From IMG/VR virus record IMGVR_UViG_3300028392_000013, positions 1 through 38,076 of that record: DNA of 38,076 nt, one strand, 5' to 3'. Position numbers and translations under genes: made by a program. Of the stretch, positions 16,310-25,607 are shown piece by piece. Positions within the stretch are counted from its first letter, which is position 1, and every line of letters starts with the position of its first letter. Under the pieces are notes generated by a model. That model searched no databases and was not told the DNA's origin. It was given only the letters and a program-made list of their open reading frames with translations. This DNA is from a virus. Its lineage: Duplodnaviria; Caudoviricetes.

Positions 16310-16593
16310 AACTTAGACCACTAAACGACAACCTGATCATTGAACCAATCCAAGTTGAAGCAACAACAGCAAGCGGACTGGTTCTGCCAGACGCCGCAGT
16401 AGACAAACCAGAACACGCAACCGTGATTGCAACCGGTGACGGCAGCTTAACGTTTGACGGAACCCGCGTGCCGATCGGCGTGGACGTTGGCGAGATGATC
16501 TTGTTCAACAAGCACGCTGGCATGGAGCTGAAGGCGGGCGACGGTAAATACTTGTTGATTGCAGCTCGCGACATTTTGGCGGTCATAGAATGA
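16306..16593 (+). CDS. groES: Co-chaperonin GroES
   Basis: LRPLNDNLII, TTASGLVLPD, VIATGDG, VGEMILFNKHAG, DILAVIE. Confidence 0.95.
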   Translation: MKLRPLNDNLIIEPIQVEATTASGLVLPDAAVDKPEHATVIATGDGSLTFDGTRVPIGVDVGEMILFNKHAGMELKAGDGKYLLIAARDILAVIE

Positions 16594-16814
16594 CGATCGT
16601 CATACACAAGGGGAAAGCACGTTGTGTCCGTTGCGGATTGTTTCTAAGTTTCAGTTGGTGGAAGTCCAAGTCAAAGCAACGCCGTGAGTTCACAGCGATC
16701 CATGACTCGATTGTAAAACTTCGCATGGAAAACAATGCAGGTAAAAACGTAACACTAAATGATTGCGGCAGGGTTGTCGGATTAAAGCAACCAGCAAAGA
16801 AGAAGATTAAGTGA
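16590..16814 (+). CDS. Hypothetical basic protein
   Basis: Fills the gap with 4-nt overlaps at both ends. Confidence 0.5.
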   Translation: MTIVIHKGKARCVRCGLFLSFSWWKSKSKQRREFTAIHDSIVKLRMENNAGKNVTLNDCGRVVGLKQPAKKKIK

Positions 16815-17059
16815 ACGACGAACAGATCGAATGGCTTGCAGCTCAACTGGTCGACGCAGAACACCGCAACGATAGACACGCAGATCTGAATGAATGGGAC
16901 GACGTGGACTACACGGACGGACTTAAAACCGCTTACGGAATCGCACTAGCAAAGCTGGCACCCGAAGCTCACAAGGCGACGATCGACGCGATCAAAGAAT
17001 ACCGCGACAACAAATGGGAAAACTATGTCCCCCTAGACGAAAGACCAAGCAATGACTGA
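16811..17059 (+). CDS. Hypothetical protein
   Basis: 82-aa coupled ORF. Confidence 0.65.
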   Translation: MNDEQIEWLAAQLVDAEHRNDRHADLNEWDDVDYTDGLKTAYGIALAKLAPEAHKATIDAIKEYRDNKWENYVPLDERPSND

Positions 17060-17480
17060 AACAAAACTTTACTGGGTAGCAACCACGGGCGAATACGGAA
17101 GCAACAAGTGCATCCACGTCGACCTAACAAAATGGACCGAAGACCAGTGGGATCAGTTCCATGAATGGATACCAGAGCAGGAACGCTACGCATTCATTAA
17201 CCGCTGGGCTCAAACAAACAATGAAGCAGACTGGGCAGATCCGTACAAGCTACTTGAAGCAGCGATCGCATACCTAAAAGAAGAAGCAGCAAACATCACA
17301 GAACCAGATGAAGAACCAGCAACCACTGGCATGAACATCGCTGTGCAGCTGCTCGAAGCTTGGATGGAAAGCGTCAAGGATCAACAACCGCAACCACTGC
17401 AACCGTTTTACTATGATCCGCAAGACGACGAATGCGACGTCCTAACCTTTGAAGACATTACAGAACGGGAAGCAGAATGA
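17052..17480 (+). CDS. Acidic hypothetical protein
   Basis: 142-aa coupled ORF. Confidence 0.7.
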   Translation: MTETKLYWVATTGEYGSNKCIHVDLTKWTEDQWDQFHEWIPEQERYAFINRWAQTNNEADWADPYKLLEAAIAYLKEEAANITEPDEEPATTGMNIAVQLLEAWMESVKDQQPQPLQPFYYDPQDDECDVLTFEDITEREAE

Positions 17481-17755
17481 CAACATACGTAGTGACTTGC
17501 ACGAACACATACAGGATCGAAGCAACCAGTGAAGAAGACGCGGTCACGATTGCACACGCACTGGACAACAACGAAAACTACGACGACGAGCTGGGCAACG
17601 GCAAGAACATCGACAGCGACACCAGCGTTGAAGAAGACGATGAAGAACCAGTGTGTGACATTTGCGAAGGCGACGGCTGGTGCTACAGACAAACAGATGT
17701 CGACACGGAAAAACGTGTGCCATGCGAATGCGGGCTAGGCGACCCGAATGACTGA
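17477..17755 (+). CDS. Acidic protein with zinc finger
   Basis: CDICEGDGW...PCEC. Confidence 0.7.
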   Translation: MTTYVVTCTNTYRIEATSEEDAVTIAHALDNNENYDDELGNGKNIDSDTSVEEDDEEPVCDICEGDGWCYRQTDVDTEKRVPCECGLGDPND

Positions 17756-17900
17756 CCGACAGATCATCGCAACCCTGATCGCAACAACCGCGATCATGAT
17801 CGGTTTACTGGTCTGGGCTTTCACGCAACCGAAAGACTGCTGGCAGCAATACCAAACAGAACAGCAAGCAATCCAACACTGCGAAGGACACAATGACTGA
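17748..17900 (+). CDS. Small membrane-anchored protein (50 aa); not in ORF track
   Basis: MTDRQIIATLIATTAIMIGLLVWAFTQPKDCWQQYQTEQQAIQHCEGHND. Confidence 0.65.
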   Translation: MTDRQIIATLIATTAIMIGLLVWAFTQPKDCWQQYQTEQQAIQHCEGHND

Positions 17901-18768
17901 TTTACCAATTCAAATAGGTAAAAACACCGTGTATCTTGGCGACAGCTTAGAGATCATGAAAACAATGCCAGATAAAAGCGTTGACCTTATCGTCACATCA
18001 CCGCCATATTGGAAGGGCTTTGAATACGAAGCATATTTCAACAGCTACGCACAATACCTAGATTGGACAGCTCAATGGATGCTTGAATGCAAACGTCTAC
18101 TCAAAGAAGATGGAACATTTTATCTGAACGTGATCAACGACAGCGAAATCACAATTAGAGCTTTTGAAATTATGGAAATAGCAACTCGCAAACAAATGTG
18201 GAAACTACACGAAACAATTATCTGGTATCGATACAACCAGCAACCCGCCAACACGACCCGTCAACTAACAAACCAATGCGAATACATTTTCATGTTGCGA
18301 CACAGCTCCGCAAACATAAAACTAAACAAAGAAGCCGCCTACGAAAACAGTCCCCTAATGTTCAAAACAAAGAATGTTGGAAATGTGTGGGAATTACCAT
18401 TCAATGCGGGCAAGGAAATTAATAACTTTGGCAAGAAGGAAACAGCATCAAAATGGGGACATGGCGGATTTCCAATCAAACTACCCGAAACATGCATACT
18501 CCTAAGCACAAACGAAAATGATGTGGTCTTTGATCCGTTTGCAGGTAGCGGAACAACAGGAGCAGCAAGCGAAAAACTAAACCGCAACTGCATCATGATC
18601 GAAAAGGAACCAAAATACATGGACATCATCTACGACAGATTAAATAAAACAACCGCAACAAAGTCAAACAACCGCGACACAAATAAAAGAATTACAATAA
18701 ACCTATGCGAAACCGTAAAACAACCAAACCAGAAGTACTCGAACGCGAACAAGAAGTCGTCAAACTAA
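17893..18768 (+). CDS. Beta-class DNA methyltransferase (SPPY; probably N4-cytosine)
   Basis: VTSPPY, HGGFP, DPFAGSGTT. Confidence 0.92.
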   Translation: MTDLPIQIGKNTVYLGDSLEIMKTMPDKSVDLIVTSPPYWKGFEYEAYFNSYAQYLDWTAQWMLECKRLLKEDGTFYLNVINDSEITIRAFEIMEIATRKQMWKLHETIIWYRYNQQPANTTRQLTNQCEYIFMLRHSSANIKLNKEAAYENSPLMFKTKNVGNVWELPFNAGKEINNFGKKETASKWGHGGFPIKLPETCILLSTNENDVVFDPFAGSGTTGAASEKLNRNCIMIEKEPKYMDIIYDRLNKTTATKSNNRDTNKRITINLCETVKQPNQKYSNANKKSSN

Positions 18769-19154
18769 GACGCGGCGGACTCACATGGGACATGATCGCA
18801 GACCGCACAGGATACGCATCAGCAAGTGCAGCACACGCCGCATACCAGAGAGCAGCACGCAGAGTAGTCCAAGAAGACATTGAAGCGATCCGCAGAGTTG
18901 AAGCCGAACGACTAGACCTAGCACAAAGTGCAATCTGGGGAGCAGTACTCAGCGGCAACCTAACCGCAGTGACAACGTTGATCCGTATACAAGAACGCAG
19001 AGCAAAACTCCTAGGACTAGATCAACCGATCAGACAACAGATAGAAGTGACCAACTATGACGGCGACACAATCGATCGCGAAGTCGCAAGGCTCGCAGAA
19101 TTCCTTAATAGCAGCACGCCGTATCCGTTGGAGCCACCAACTAGCCAGAGCTGA
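18705..19154 (+). CDS. terS: Terminase small subunit
   Basis: N-terminal HTH (LRRGGLTWDMIADRTGY) and ERRAKLLGLD; directly upstream of terL. Confidence 0.8.
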   Translation: MRNRKTTKPEVLEREQEVVKLRRGGLTWDMIADRTGYASASAAHAAYQRAARRVVQEDIEAIRRVEAERLDLAQSAIWGAVLSGNLTAVTTLIRIQERRAKLLGLDQPIRQQIEVTNYDGDTIDREVARLAEFLNSSTPYPLEPPTSQS

Positions 19155-20403
19155 ACAAGTACCGACAGACAACGACGGCTGGAACACTTGGCTGATCCTT
19201 GCCGGTCGCGGCTACGGGAAGACAAGGGCAGCTGCTGAATGGATTGCATGGAACGCAACCCGCAACGCAAACACCCGCTGGGCGATCGTAGCTCCAACTT
19301 TCAGCGACGCCCGCGACACTTGTGCAGAAGGCGTATCGGGCGTGGTCAACATCCTGCGGGAATACGGAACGCTGAAGGATTGGAACCGAAGCCTAGGTGA
19401 GATTGTGCTCACCAACGGATCAAGGATCAAGCTCTTCAGTGCCGAAGAACCAGATCGACTCCGCGGACCGCAACACCACGGCGGCTGGTTTGATGAGCTT
19501 GCCAGTTTCAAATACCCTGACACTTTTGATCAGTACAAGTTAGGGCTCCGCCTAGGCGAACACCCGCAGACGATCATCACCACCACCCCGCGACCGATCA
19601 AACAGATCCGTGAGCTCGTGAAAAGGGAAGACGTCCATGTGGTCCGCGGCAGCACGTTCGACAACGCCGCAAACCTTTCAGCGAACGCCCTAGACGAGCT
19701 GAGAGCCCGCTACGAAGGCACAAGGCTGGGAAGGCAAGAACTATACGGCGAGATCATCGATGACGTTGACGGAGCTCTTTGGAGCCGCGACATGATCGAA
19801 GCAACAAGGGTAACCGAAGAACCACCACTGGCAAGGATCGTCGTCGCGATCGATCCAGCTGTCACAAGCGGAAGCGAATCAGACGAAACAGGAATCATCG
19901 TCGCAGGGATCAGCAACGACGGACACTACTACGTCCTAGAAGATTGCACTTTGAAGGCAAGTCCAGATCAGTGGGCACGCACCGCAGCTGACGCTTTCAC
20001 ACACTGGAACGCAGACCGCGTGATCGGCGAAACCAACAACGGCGGCGACATGATCGAACTCTTGCTCAGACAAGTGAACCCGCAGATCCCCTACAAGAAG
20101 GTCACGGCAACAAGGGGAAAGCTAGTCAGAGCAGAACCAGTAGCAGCCTTATACGAACAAGGCAGAGCACACCACGTCGGCATGCACACCAAGCTCGAAG
20201 AACAGATGTGCAACTGGACACAAGGATCAGGGGACAGCCCCGATCGCATGGACGCAATGGTCTGGGCACTACACGAACTCATGGGCAACCAATCGGCTAT
20301 CATAGGGTTAGCAGCATTAGCTCAGTTCTGTCCCGCTTGCCGAATGCCCGCACCGAAAAGTGCAACGAGCTGCCCGTCTTGTAATCAACCGCTAGGAGTT
20401 TGA
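19057..20403 (+). CDS. terL: Terminase large subunit
   Basis: AGRGYGKT Walker A, LRGPQ..WFDE Walker B, IDPA and SPDRMDA nuclease motifs; start uncertain. Confidence 0.95.
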   Translation: MTATQSIAKSQGSQNSLIAARRIRWSHQLARAEQVPTDNDGWNTWLILAGRGYGKTRAAAEWIAWNATRNANTRWAIVAPTFSDARDTCAEGVSGVVNILREYGTLKDWNRSLGEIVLTNGSRIKLFSAEEPDRLRGPQHHGGWFDELASFKYPDTFDQYKLGLRLGEHPQTIITTTPRPIKQIRELVKREDVHVVRGSTFDNAANLSANALDELRARYEGTRLGRQELYGEIIDDVDGALWSRDMIEATRVTEEPPLARIVVAIDPAVTSGSESDETGIIVAGISNDGHYYVLEDCTLKASPDQWARTAADAFTHWNADRVIGETNNGGDMIELLLRQVNPQIPYKKVTATRGKLVRAEPVAALYEQGRAHHVGMHTKLEEQMCNWTQGSGDSPDRMDAMVWALHELMGNQSAIIGLAALAQFCPACRMPAPKSATSCPSCNQPLGV

Positions 20404-20406
20404 TCA

Positions 20407-21198
20407 GTGGCATACGTCAATCTACCGCCAAGCCTTTACGCGTTCTTCGACTCGATCAATAGCAGACTGCTCAAACTTGAAACCGCTAACAGGTTCACCG
20501 CACCCGTCATCCCCGTTTTAGGATCCGCACCAACAATCACAGGACTAGCAACGGGCGATCCAACAAACCCTAGAGCTGGCGACATTTGGCTGAACAGCAC
20601 AAGCAACACCCCGAAGTATGTGGACGCAACAGGATCCGTGACAACACTGGGCGGCGGTGGCGGAACAGGAGTCAACGCAGGAGTACGACCGATCCCAAAC
20701 GGGATGTACTCATTAGTGGGATACGACACAGTTGGAAGTGCCGTCAACTCACTGAACAGCGGCGTCGTGACAGCTCAACCTTTCATCCTTGCGACAGCGG
20801 CAACAGCTACAAGGCTTAGAGTTCAAGTCGATACAGGAGCAGCAAGCAGCGTGGCAAGGCTCGCAATTTATAGCAACAACGCAACCAGCGATCAACCAGA
20901 CGCCCTGCTGCTAAACGCGGGCACCATTTCAGCTGCAACAAGCGGAATTAAAACAATCACGATTAGTCAACCACTGACCGCTGGACTTTGGTGGCTTGCG
21001 ATCAGACATGACTCGGGACCAAATACAGCAACATACATCGCCGCAGCTAACGACGCATGGTCATCACTGATCGGACCAGCAAGTCTGGCGTTTGCAGAAT
21101 ACGCTGGATACTCAATGTCAGGAACAGGATCACTGCCCGCAAACTTCGTGCAGAACGGCGGAGCAAGCTACATACCTACGATATGGATCGGCTTCTAA
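20407..21198 (+). CDS. Minor tail / receptor-binding-like virion protein
   Basis: N-terminal coiled segment, DPTNPRAGDIWLNST motif, Gly linker, Ala/Thr/Ser-rich beta domain. Confidence 0.6.
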   Translation: MAYVNLPPSLYAFFDSINSRLLKLETANRFTAPVIPVLGSAPTITGLATGDPTNPRAGDIWLNSTSNTPKYVDATGSVTTLGGGGGTGVNAGVRPIPNGMYSLVGYDTVGSAVNSLNSGVVTAQPFILATAATATRLRVQVDTGAASSVARLAIYSNNATSDQPDALLLNAGTISAATSGIKTITISQPLTAGLWWLAIRHDSGPNTATYIAAANDAWSSLIGPASLAFAEYAGYSMSGTGSLPANFVQNGGASYIPTIWIGF

Positions 21199-21380
21199 TG
21201 CAAGTAACAATTTATGGTGTAGGCGGATACAACCCCGAACTACCAAACGACAACATCATCGAACAATACGAAGTTGAAGAACCGCAGCTCACCGAAAAGG
21301 AGCAAGCACGTCAATCGGCGATTGCAAAGCTTCACGCATTAGGACTCACCACCGACGAGATAAAGGCACTGGTAGGCTAA
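21198..21380 (+). CDS. Small protein accompanying the tail-fibre-like gene
   Basis: MQVTIYGVGG...ARQSAIAKLHALGLTTDEIKAL; TAATG coupling. Confidence 0.65.
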   Translation: MQVTIYGVGGYNPELPNDNIIEQYEVEEPQLTEKEQARQSAIAKLHALGLTTDEIKALVG

Positions 21381-21384
21381 CCGC

Positions 21385-23238
21385 ATGGGAATCTTTGATA
21401 AAGCAATCGAACGTCTAGCGACACAGATCAGCAAGGCAACACCGCAACCAATCGTCACACCGATCACCGACGATCAGATCCGCAACGCAATGCAGCAATA
21501 CGGCGTATCGGTTGGCTTGCCACGCGATCCACGTTTAGCGGGCATACCTTTCAGCCCCGGCTTACCGATCGTCCCGTCATCGATCAACCCGCTAGGACCA
21601 GACGGCAGACCGCAGCCACGCCGCTACGAATACGCGTCCGCACAGAACATCAACATCACACCAACAAAGCTCGTCCCTTTTGGAACGCTTAGAGCAGCTG
21701 CAGAACAGATCGACATCCTACGCCGATGCATTGAAGTGTTGAAAGCCAAGATCATCGGCATGGAATGGGACATCGTCCTAGGCGAAGACGCCGTCGAAAA
21801 GATTATGGCGGAAACGGGCGAACGCAGCTACACGAAAGCAATGCAGATCGCAAAGGACAAGTACGGCACCGAGATAGATCGGCTCAAACAGTTCTGGGAA
21901 ATGCCTGATGTCAGCAACGGGCTAGTTTTCGGCGACTGGCTAAACATGGCACTTGAAGACATCCTAGTTTTAGACGCCTTAGCGATCTACCCGCAACGCA
22001 GCATCAAAGGCGAACTCAAAGGCTTACAGATCATCGACGGATCCACAATCAAACCACTGATCGATGACCGCGGCATGCGACCAACACCACCGAACCCTGC
22101 GTTCCAACAGATCCTGTATGGCTTTCCAAGATCCGAGTTTGCGGCAGCTGACGACAGCGAACAAGCAGACGGCGAATTCAGCTCAGACGAGCTCGCATAC
22201 CTAGTCCGCAACAGACGCAGCAACAGCATCTACGGCTACTCACCAACAGAACGAGCACTACCGATCGCGGACATTTACCTGAGAAGGCAGCAATGGATCC
22301 GTGCCGAATACACCGACGGCGTGATCCCCGAACTCCTTTTGAAAAGCGACGGCACTTTCACACCTGACCAGATCCGTGCATACGAAAACATTTTGAACGA
22401 CTACCTAAGCGGACAGACCGAACAACGCAAGCGAGCAACGATCCTGACACAAGGGCTAGAACCAGTGCAGCTTGAAGGCTACGGCGAAAAGTTCAAGGAC
22501 ACCTTAGACGAATACCTGATCACCGCGATCACTGGACACTTTGGTGTGCAGCCAAGCGAGATCGGCATGACAGCTAAGCAAGGGCTAGGCAACAGCGGCG
22601 TGCAGCACGGGCAAGCAAGCAGTGCTGAACAGATCGCAACGATCCCGCTGGCAAACTGGCTGAGCAAAATGTTAAGCCAGTTGAGCTACAGCTGGCTCGG
22701 AGCACCAAGGGCTTTAGAGTTCAAGATCATGCCATCATCCCGAACCGACTTTGAAGCGGTCGCAAGGGCAAACGACATCAAACTGAAGAACGGCACCCTG
22801 ACCCGCAACGAAGCACGCAGCAAAGAAGGTCTGCCACTTTTGAATTCACCCGTCGCAGATCAACCAACAATCTACACAAGCAGCGACGTCCTGATCATCA
22901 CCGAAGAAGGCGTGGAAAGCATAAGCGGTGTTGATCCGTCAGCGGAACTACCAGCCATACCAGAGCAGCCAGCACAGGTCGAAGCTAAGCCAGAAGAAGC
23001 CGCAGCTCCGATCGCAGCCGCAGAAGACAACACACCGACAGAAGAACCAAGCGACCAGCCAGACAACAAGGCGGCACGCAACGAGCTCTACAAGTTTATG
23101 AGATGGATCCGCAAGAACCCGACTAACACGTTTGCCTTTGAGCACGTGCCAGCAACATACGCGGAAACACTAAACAAGTTCATCAGCGTCGAAGACTTTG
23201 AAGGAGCACGCTGGTACGCGGAACGCTACCTAGCATGA
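21385..23238 (+). CDS. Portal protein
   Basis: 617 aa after terminase; IIDGSTIKP, IYGYSPTE, LTRNEARSKEGLP. Confidence 0.92.
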   Translation: MGIFDKAIERLATQISKATPQPIVTPITDDQIRNAMQQYGVSVGLPRDPRLAGIPFSPGLPIVPSSINPLGPDGRPQPRRYEYASAQNINITPTKLVPFGTLRAAAEQIDILRRCIEVLKAKIIGMEWDIVLGEDAVEKIMAETGERSYTKAMQIAKDKYGTEIDRLKQFWEMPDVSNGLVFGDWLNMALEDILVLDALAIYPQRSIKGELKGLQIIDGSTIKPLIDDRGMRPTPPNPAFQQILYGFPRSEFAAADDSEQADGEFSSDELAYLVRNRRSNSIYGYSPTERALPIADIYLRRQQWIRAEYTDGVIPELLLKSDGTFTPDQIRAYENILNDYLSGQTEQRKRATILTQGLEPVQLEGYGEKFKDTLDEYLITAITGHFGVQPSEIGMTAKQGLGNSGVQHGQASSAEQIATIPLANWLSKMLSQLSYSWLGAPRALEFKIMPSSRTDFEAVARANDIKLKNGTLTRNEARSKEGLPLLNSPVADQPTIYTSSDVLIITEEGVESISGVDPSAELPAIPEQPAQVEAKPEEAAAPIAAAEDNTPTEEPSDQPDNKAARNELYKFMRWIRKNPTNTFAFEHVPATYAETLNKFISVEDFEGARWYAERYLA

Positions 23239-24890
23239 GCTGGCAGAAGAAGTTTGACGGCACCGCTGAACGATTAGCGGCAAGGCACGCAGACAAAATC
23301 AACAACGCAATGAGCAAAGGCATCAACGTCGCCGCGATCGTAAGAGCATGGCTGGAAACGCAACCAAGCCCGAAGACCACGCGAGAGCAAGCAGCGGTAT
23401 GGGTTCACCACAATGTGATCCCGAACACCGAACCACTTGAAGCAGCTTTGAAAGACATCTATGTTGAAGGCTACGCGTTAGGGCAAGCGTTCGCAGCGAC
23501 CGCCTATGCCAGAGCAAAGCTGTCGATCAAGAAGGCGGCACCAACGGGCGACGACTTGCGGGCAGCGTTCGAAACTGACTGGGACAACTGGCAAGCAGGA
23601 TCCGAAGCTCAAGCACTCAAGACAGAGAAGCCCGGTGCCTTACAGGATTTATTTGACCGAGCAGCGATCAGTGAAAAGACTAAGATCTGGAAGAACAGCA
23701 TGGATCGTCTAGGCGTGGTCATGGCAGACACGGCACGGGCAGGGCTGGGAGTTTCAACAACACAACAAGCGATTATTGAAGCACAGATCGGCTGGGGATT
23801 TGACGAAGCGTTAAAGGATCCGTACAAGGCGATGCGGATCGCACGCACCGAGATCAACCGAGCTCAAAGCTTAGCGACCATGGACACATACCGAGAGTAC
23901 GGATTGGAAAAGGTTGAATGGTTGGCAAGCGAAGGCGAATGCGACATCTGCTCAGGGAACATGGATCTAGGACCGCAACCGATCGACTTTGAATGGGACA
24001 GCATAGAAGGCGGAACAACGGAACCACCCGCACACCCGAACTGCTTGTGCACTTTGATGCCAGCGTTAGACAACGAACCAACAACGGACGAAGCTCAGGT
24101 TGAAGGGGAAACCGATCAGGGCGATCAGGTTGAGCTGCCAGCTGATGTTGAAGCGGCGGACCTTTCAGCGGTGGCGGTTGATTTGCCTGAAGCGGAGCAG
24201 CCAAGCACCGACGGCACGATCACGAATCATGAAGCCGAACCAGTTGCGGAAGTTTCAACAACCACCGCAACAAACATAGACAACTACAAACCAGCGGAAT
24301 ACAAAGAGCTGGCAGCTCTCGTGCCAGATCGTCTTAATGACAACGTAAAACTGCAGGACGCAATTGCTGAATACACGGGCAATAGCTACGTGCAAATGAA
24401 TGAATACCTGCGAGAAGGCAGAAACATTAGCGACAAAATGAAAGAGCACGTCGACAATCTACAAACCGCACTAGAATCACAAACCATTCCATCAGATATG
24501 CAATTTCAACGCGGACAATACAGTTTCAATAATTTTACAGTAAATACTAATCAACAAGGAGAGCTGCAATTTGAAAAATACGAGTACGATGCAAATTTCA
24601 ATAGACAATATGAAACGATGAGCATTGACTCGATAGTTGGACAAACATGGGAATCGGAAGGTTTCCTGTCAACAACAACAGCTACCGACTGGCAAGGCAA
24701 TGCAGCAACAAATAGGTTTCAAAACTACGATATACAAATTCACGTTTTAGCTCCAGCTGGCACACAAGGTATGGTTGTTAATAGCTATGAATCAGAATTC
24801 TTAATGCCACATGGCACCACGTTTGAGATTGTGAAAACTGAAGCAATAGGAATACAAGCACACGTGTGGATGAAAGTGATTAATCAATAA
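23235..24890 (+). CDS. MuF-like minor head protein with C-terminal ADP-ribosyltransferase (VIP2/C3-like R-S-E) domain
   Basis: RIARTEINRA, CDIC, PPAHPNCLC (MuF); YT..SY..MNEYLR, QRG, FLSTT, ESEFLMP (ART). Confidence 0.88.
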   Translation: MSWQKKFDGTAERLAARHADKINNAMSKGINVAAIVRAWLETQPSPKTTREQAAVWVHHNVIPNTEPLEAALKDIYVEGYALGQAFAATAYARAKLSIKKAAPTGDDLRAAFETDWDNWQAGSEAQALKTEKPGALQDLFDRAAISEKTKIWKNSMDRLGVVMADTARAGLGVSTTQQAIIEAQIGWGFDEALKDPYKAMRIARTEINRAQSLATMDTYREYGLEKVEWLASEGECDICSGNMDLGPQPIDFEWDSIEGGTTEPPAHPNCLCTLMPALDNEPTTDEAQVEGETDQGDQVELPADVEAADLSAVAVDLPEAEQPSTDGTITNHEAEPVAEVSTTTATNIDNYKPAEYKELAALVPDRLNDNVKLQDAIAEYTGNSYVQMNEYLREGRNISDKMKEHVDNLQTALESQTIPSDMQFQRGQYSFNNFTVNTNQQGELQFEKYEYDANFNRQYETMSIDSIVGQTWESEGFLSTTTATDWQGNAATNRFQNYDIQIHVLAPAGTQGMVVNSYESEFLMPHGTTFEIVKTEAIGIQAHVWMKVINQ

Positions 24891-25315
24891 TGGACAGATT
24901 TAGCGATGACGCTTTCAAACCCGTCACGACAACAAGGAAAGTGCAACCAAATAAAACTAAACACCTGAGAGCTCACGCCCGCCTAGAAATCCTGCCGAAC
25001 GCAACCGATCCGTTGATCAGCGACAACAGCAAATACGTGGCAGCACCATGGGCAACAGTTCCAACACCAAAAATAGATCCGTCCAGCTGGGACAACGCGA
25101 CAATCGAAACCGTCAACTTGAAAGAGCTCACAGCAACCGCAGCATTTATGAACAGGATCAAGATCAGCAAACAGATCGACGCAGACGAACAGAAGGGCAA
25201 CGCAACGATCGTGGAGCTCGCAGGTCGCAAGATCATCATCGACGGGCACGAACGCTTAATGGCATTATGGCTGTTAGGCTTAGACGAAGCACCCGTCTGG
25301 ATTGTAAAGGAATAA
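24890..25315 (+). CDS. ParB/Srx-fold-like protein
   Basis: IIIDGHERLMALWLLG..APVW. Confidence 0.65.
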   Translation: MDRFSDDAFKPVTTTRKVQPNKTKHLRAHARLEILPNATDPLISDNSKYVAAPWATVPTPKIDPSSWDNATIETVNLKELTATAAFMNRIKISKQIDADEQKGNATIVELAGRKIIIDGHERLMALWLLGLDEAPVWIVKE

Positions 25316-25319
25316 CAGA

Positions 25320-25601
25320 ATGGCTTTAGTTCACACCAACTCGACCGTTGGAACCACGATCACAAGGATCCTAAAAGTTCCTACAGGTTTGAAAAGCGTT
25401 GCGGTCCAAGTTCAAAACTTAGATGTTGCCGCCGTGTTTGTTGGCGACGCAACCGTCACCACTTCAGGTGCAAACCGCGGACACTCTATCGCAGCTAACG
25501 GAACGTTTCAGTTTTGGCTGAACTCAGGTGATGAAGTGTTCGCAATTAGTGCGTTAGGCACCACCGCTGGAGCAGTAGTCGTAACCTATTCAGGTATCTA
25601 A
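25320..25601 (+). CDS. Small beta-rich putative virion (head decoration) protein
   Basis: 93 aa, Gly/Thr/Val-rich, within the head module. Confidence 0.55.
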   Translation: MALVHTNSTVGTTITRILKVPTGLKSVAVQVQNLDVAAVFVGDATVTTSGANRGHSIAANGTFQFWLNSGDEVFAISALGTTAGAVVVTYSGI

Positions 25602-25607
25602 ACAAAC

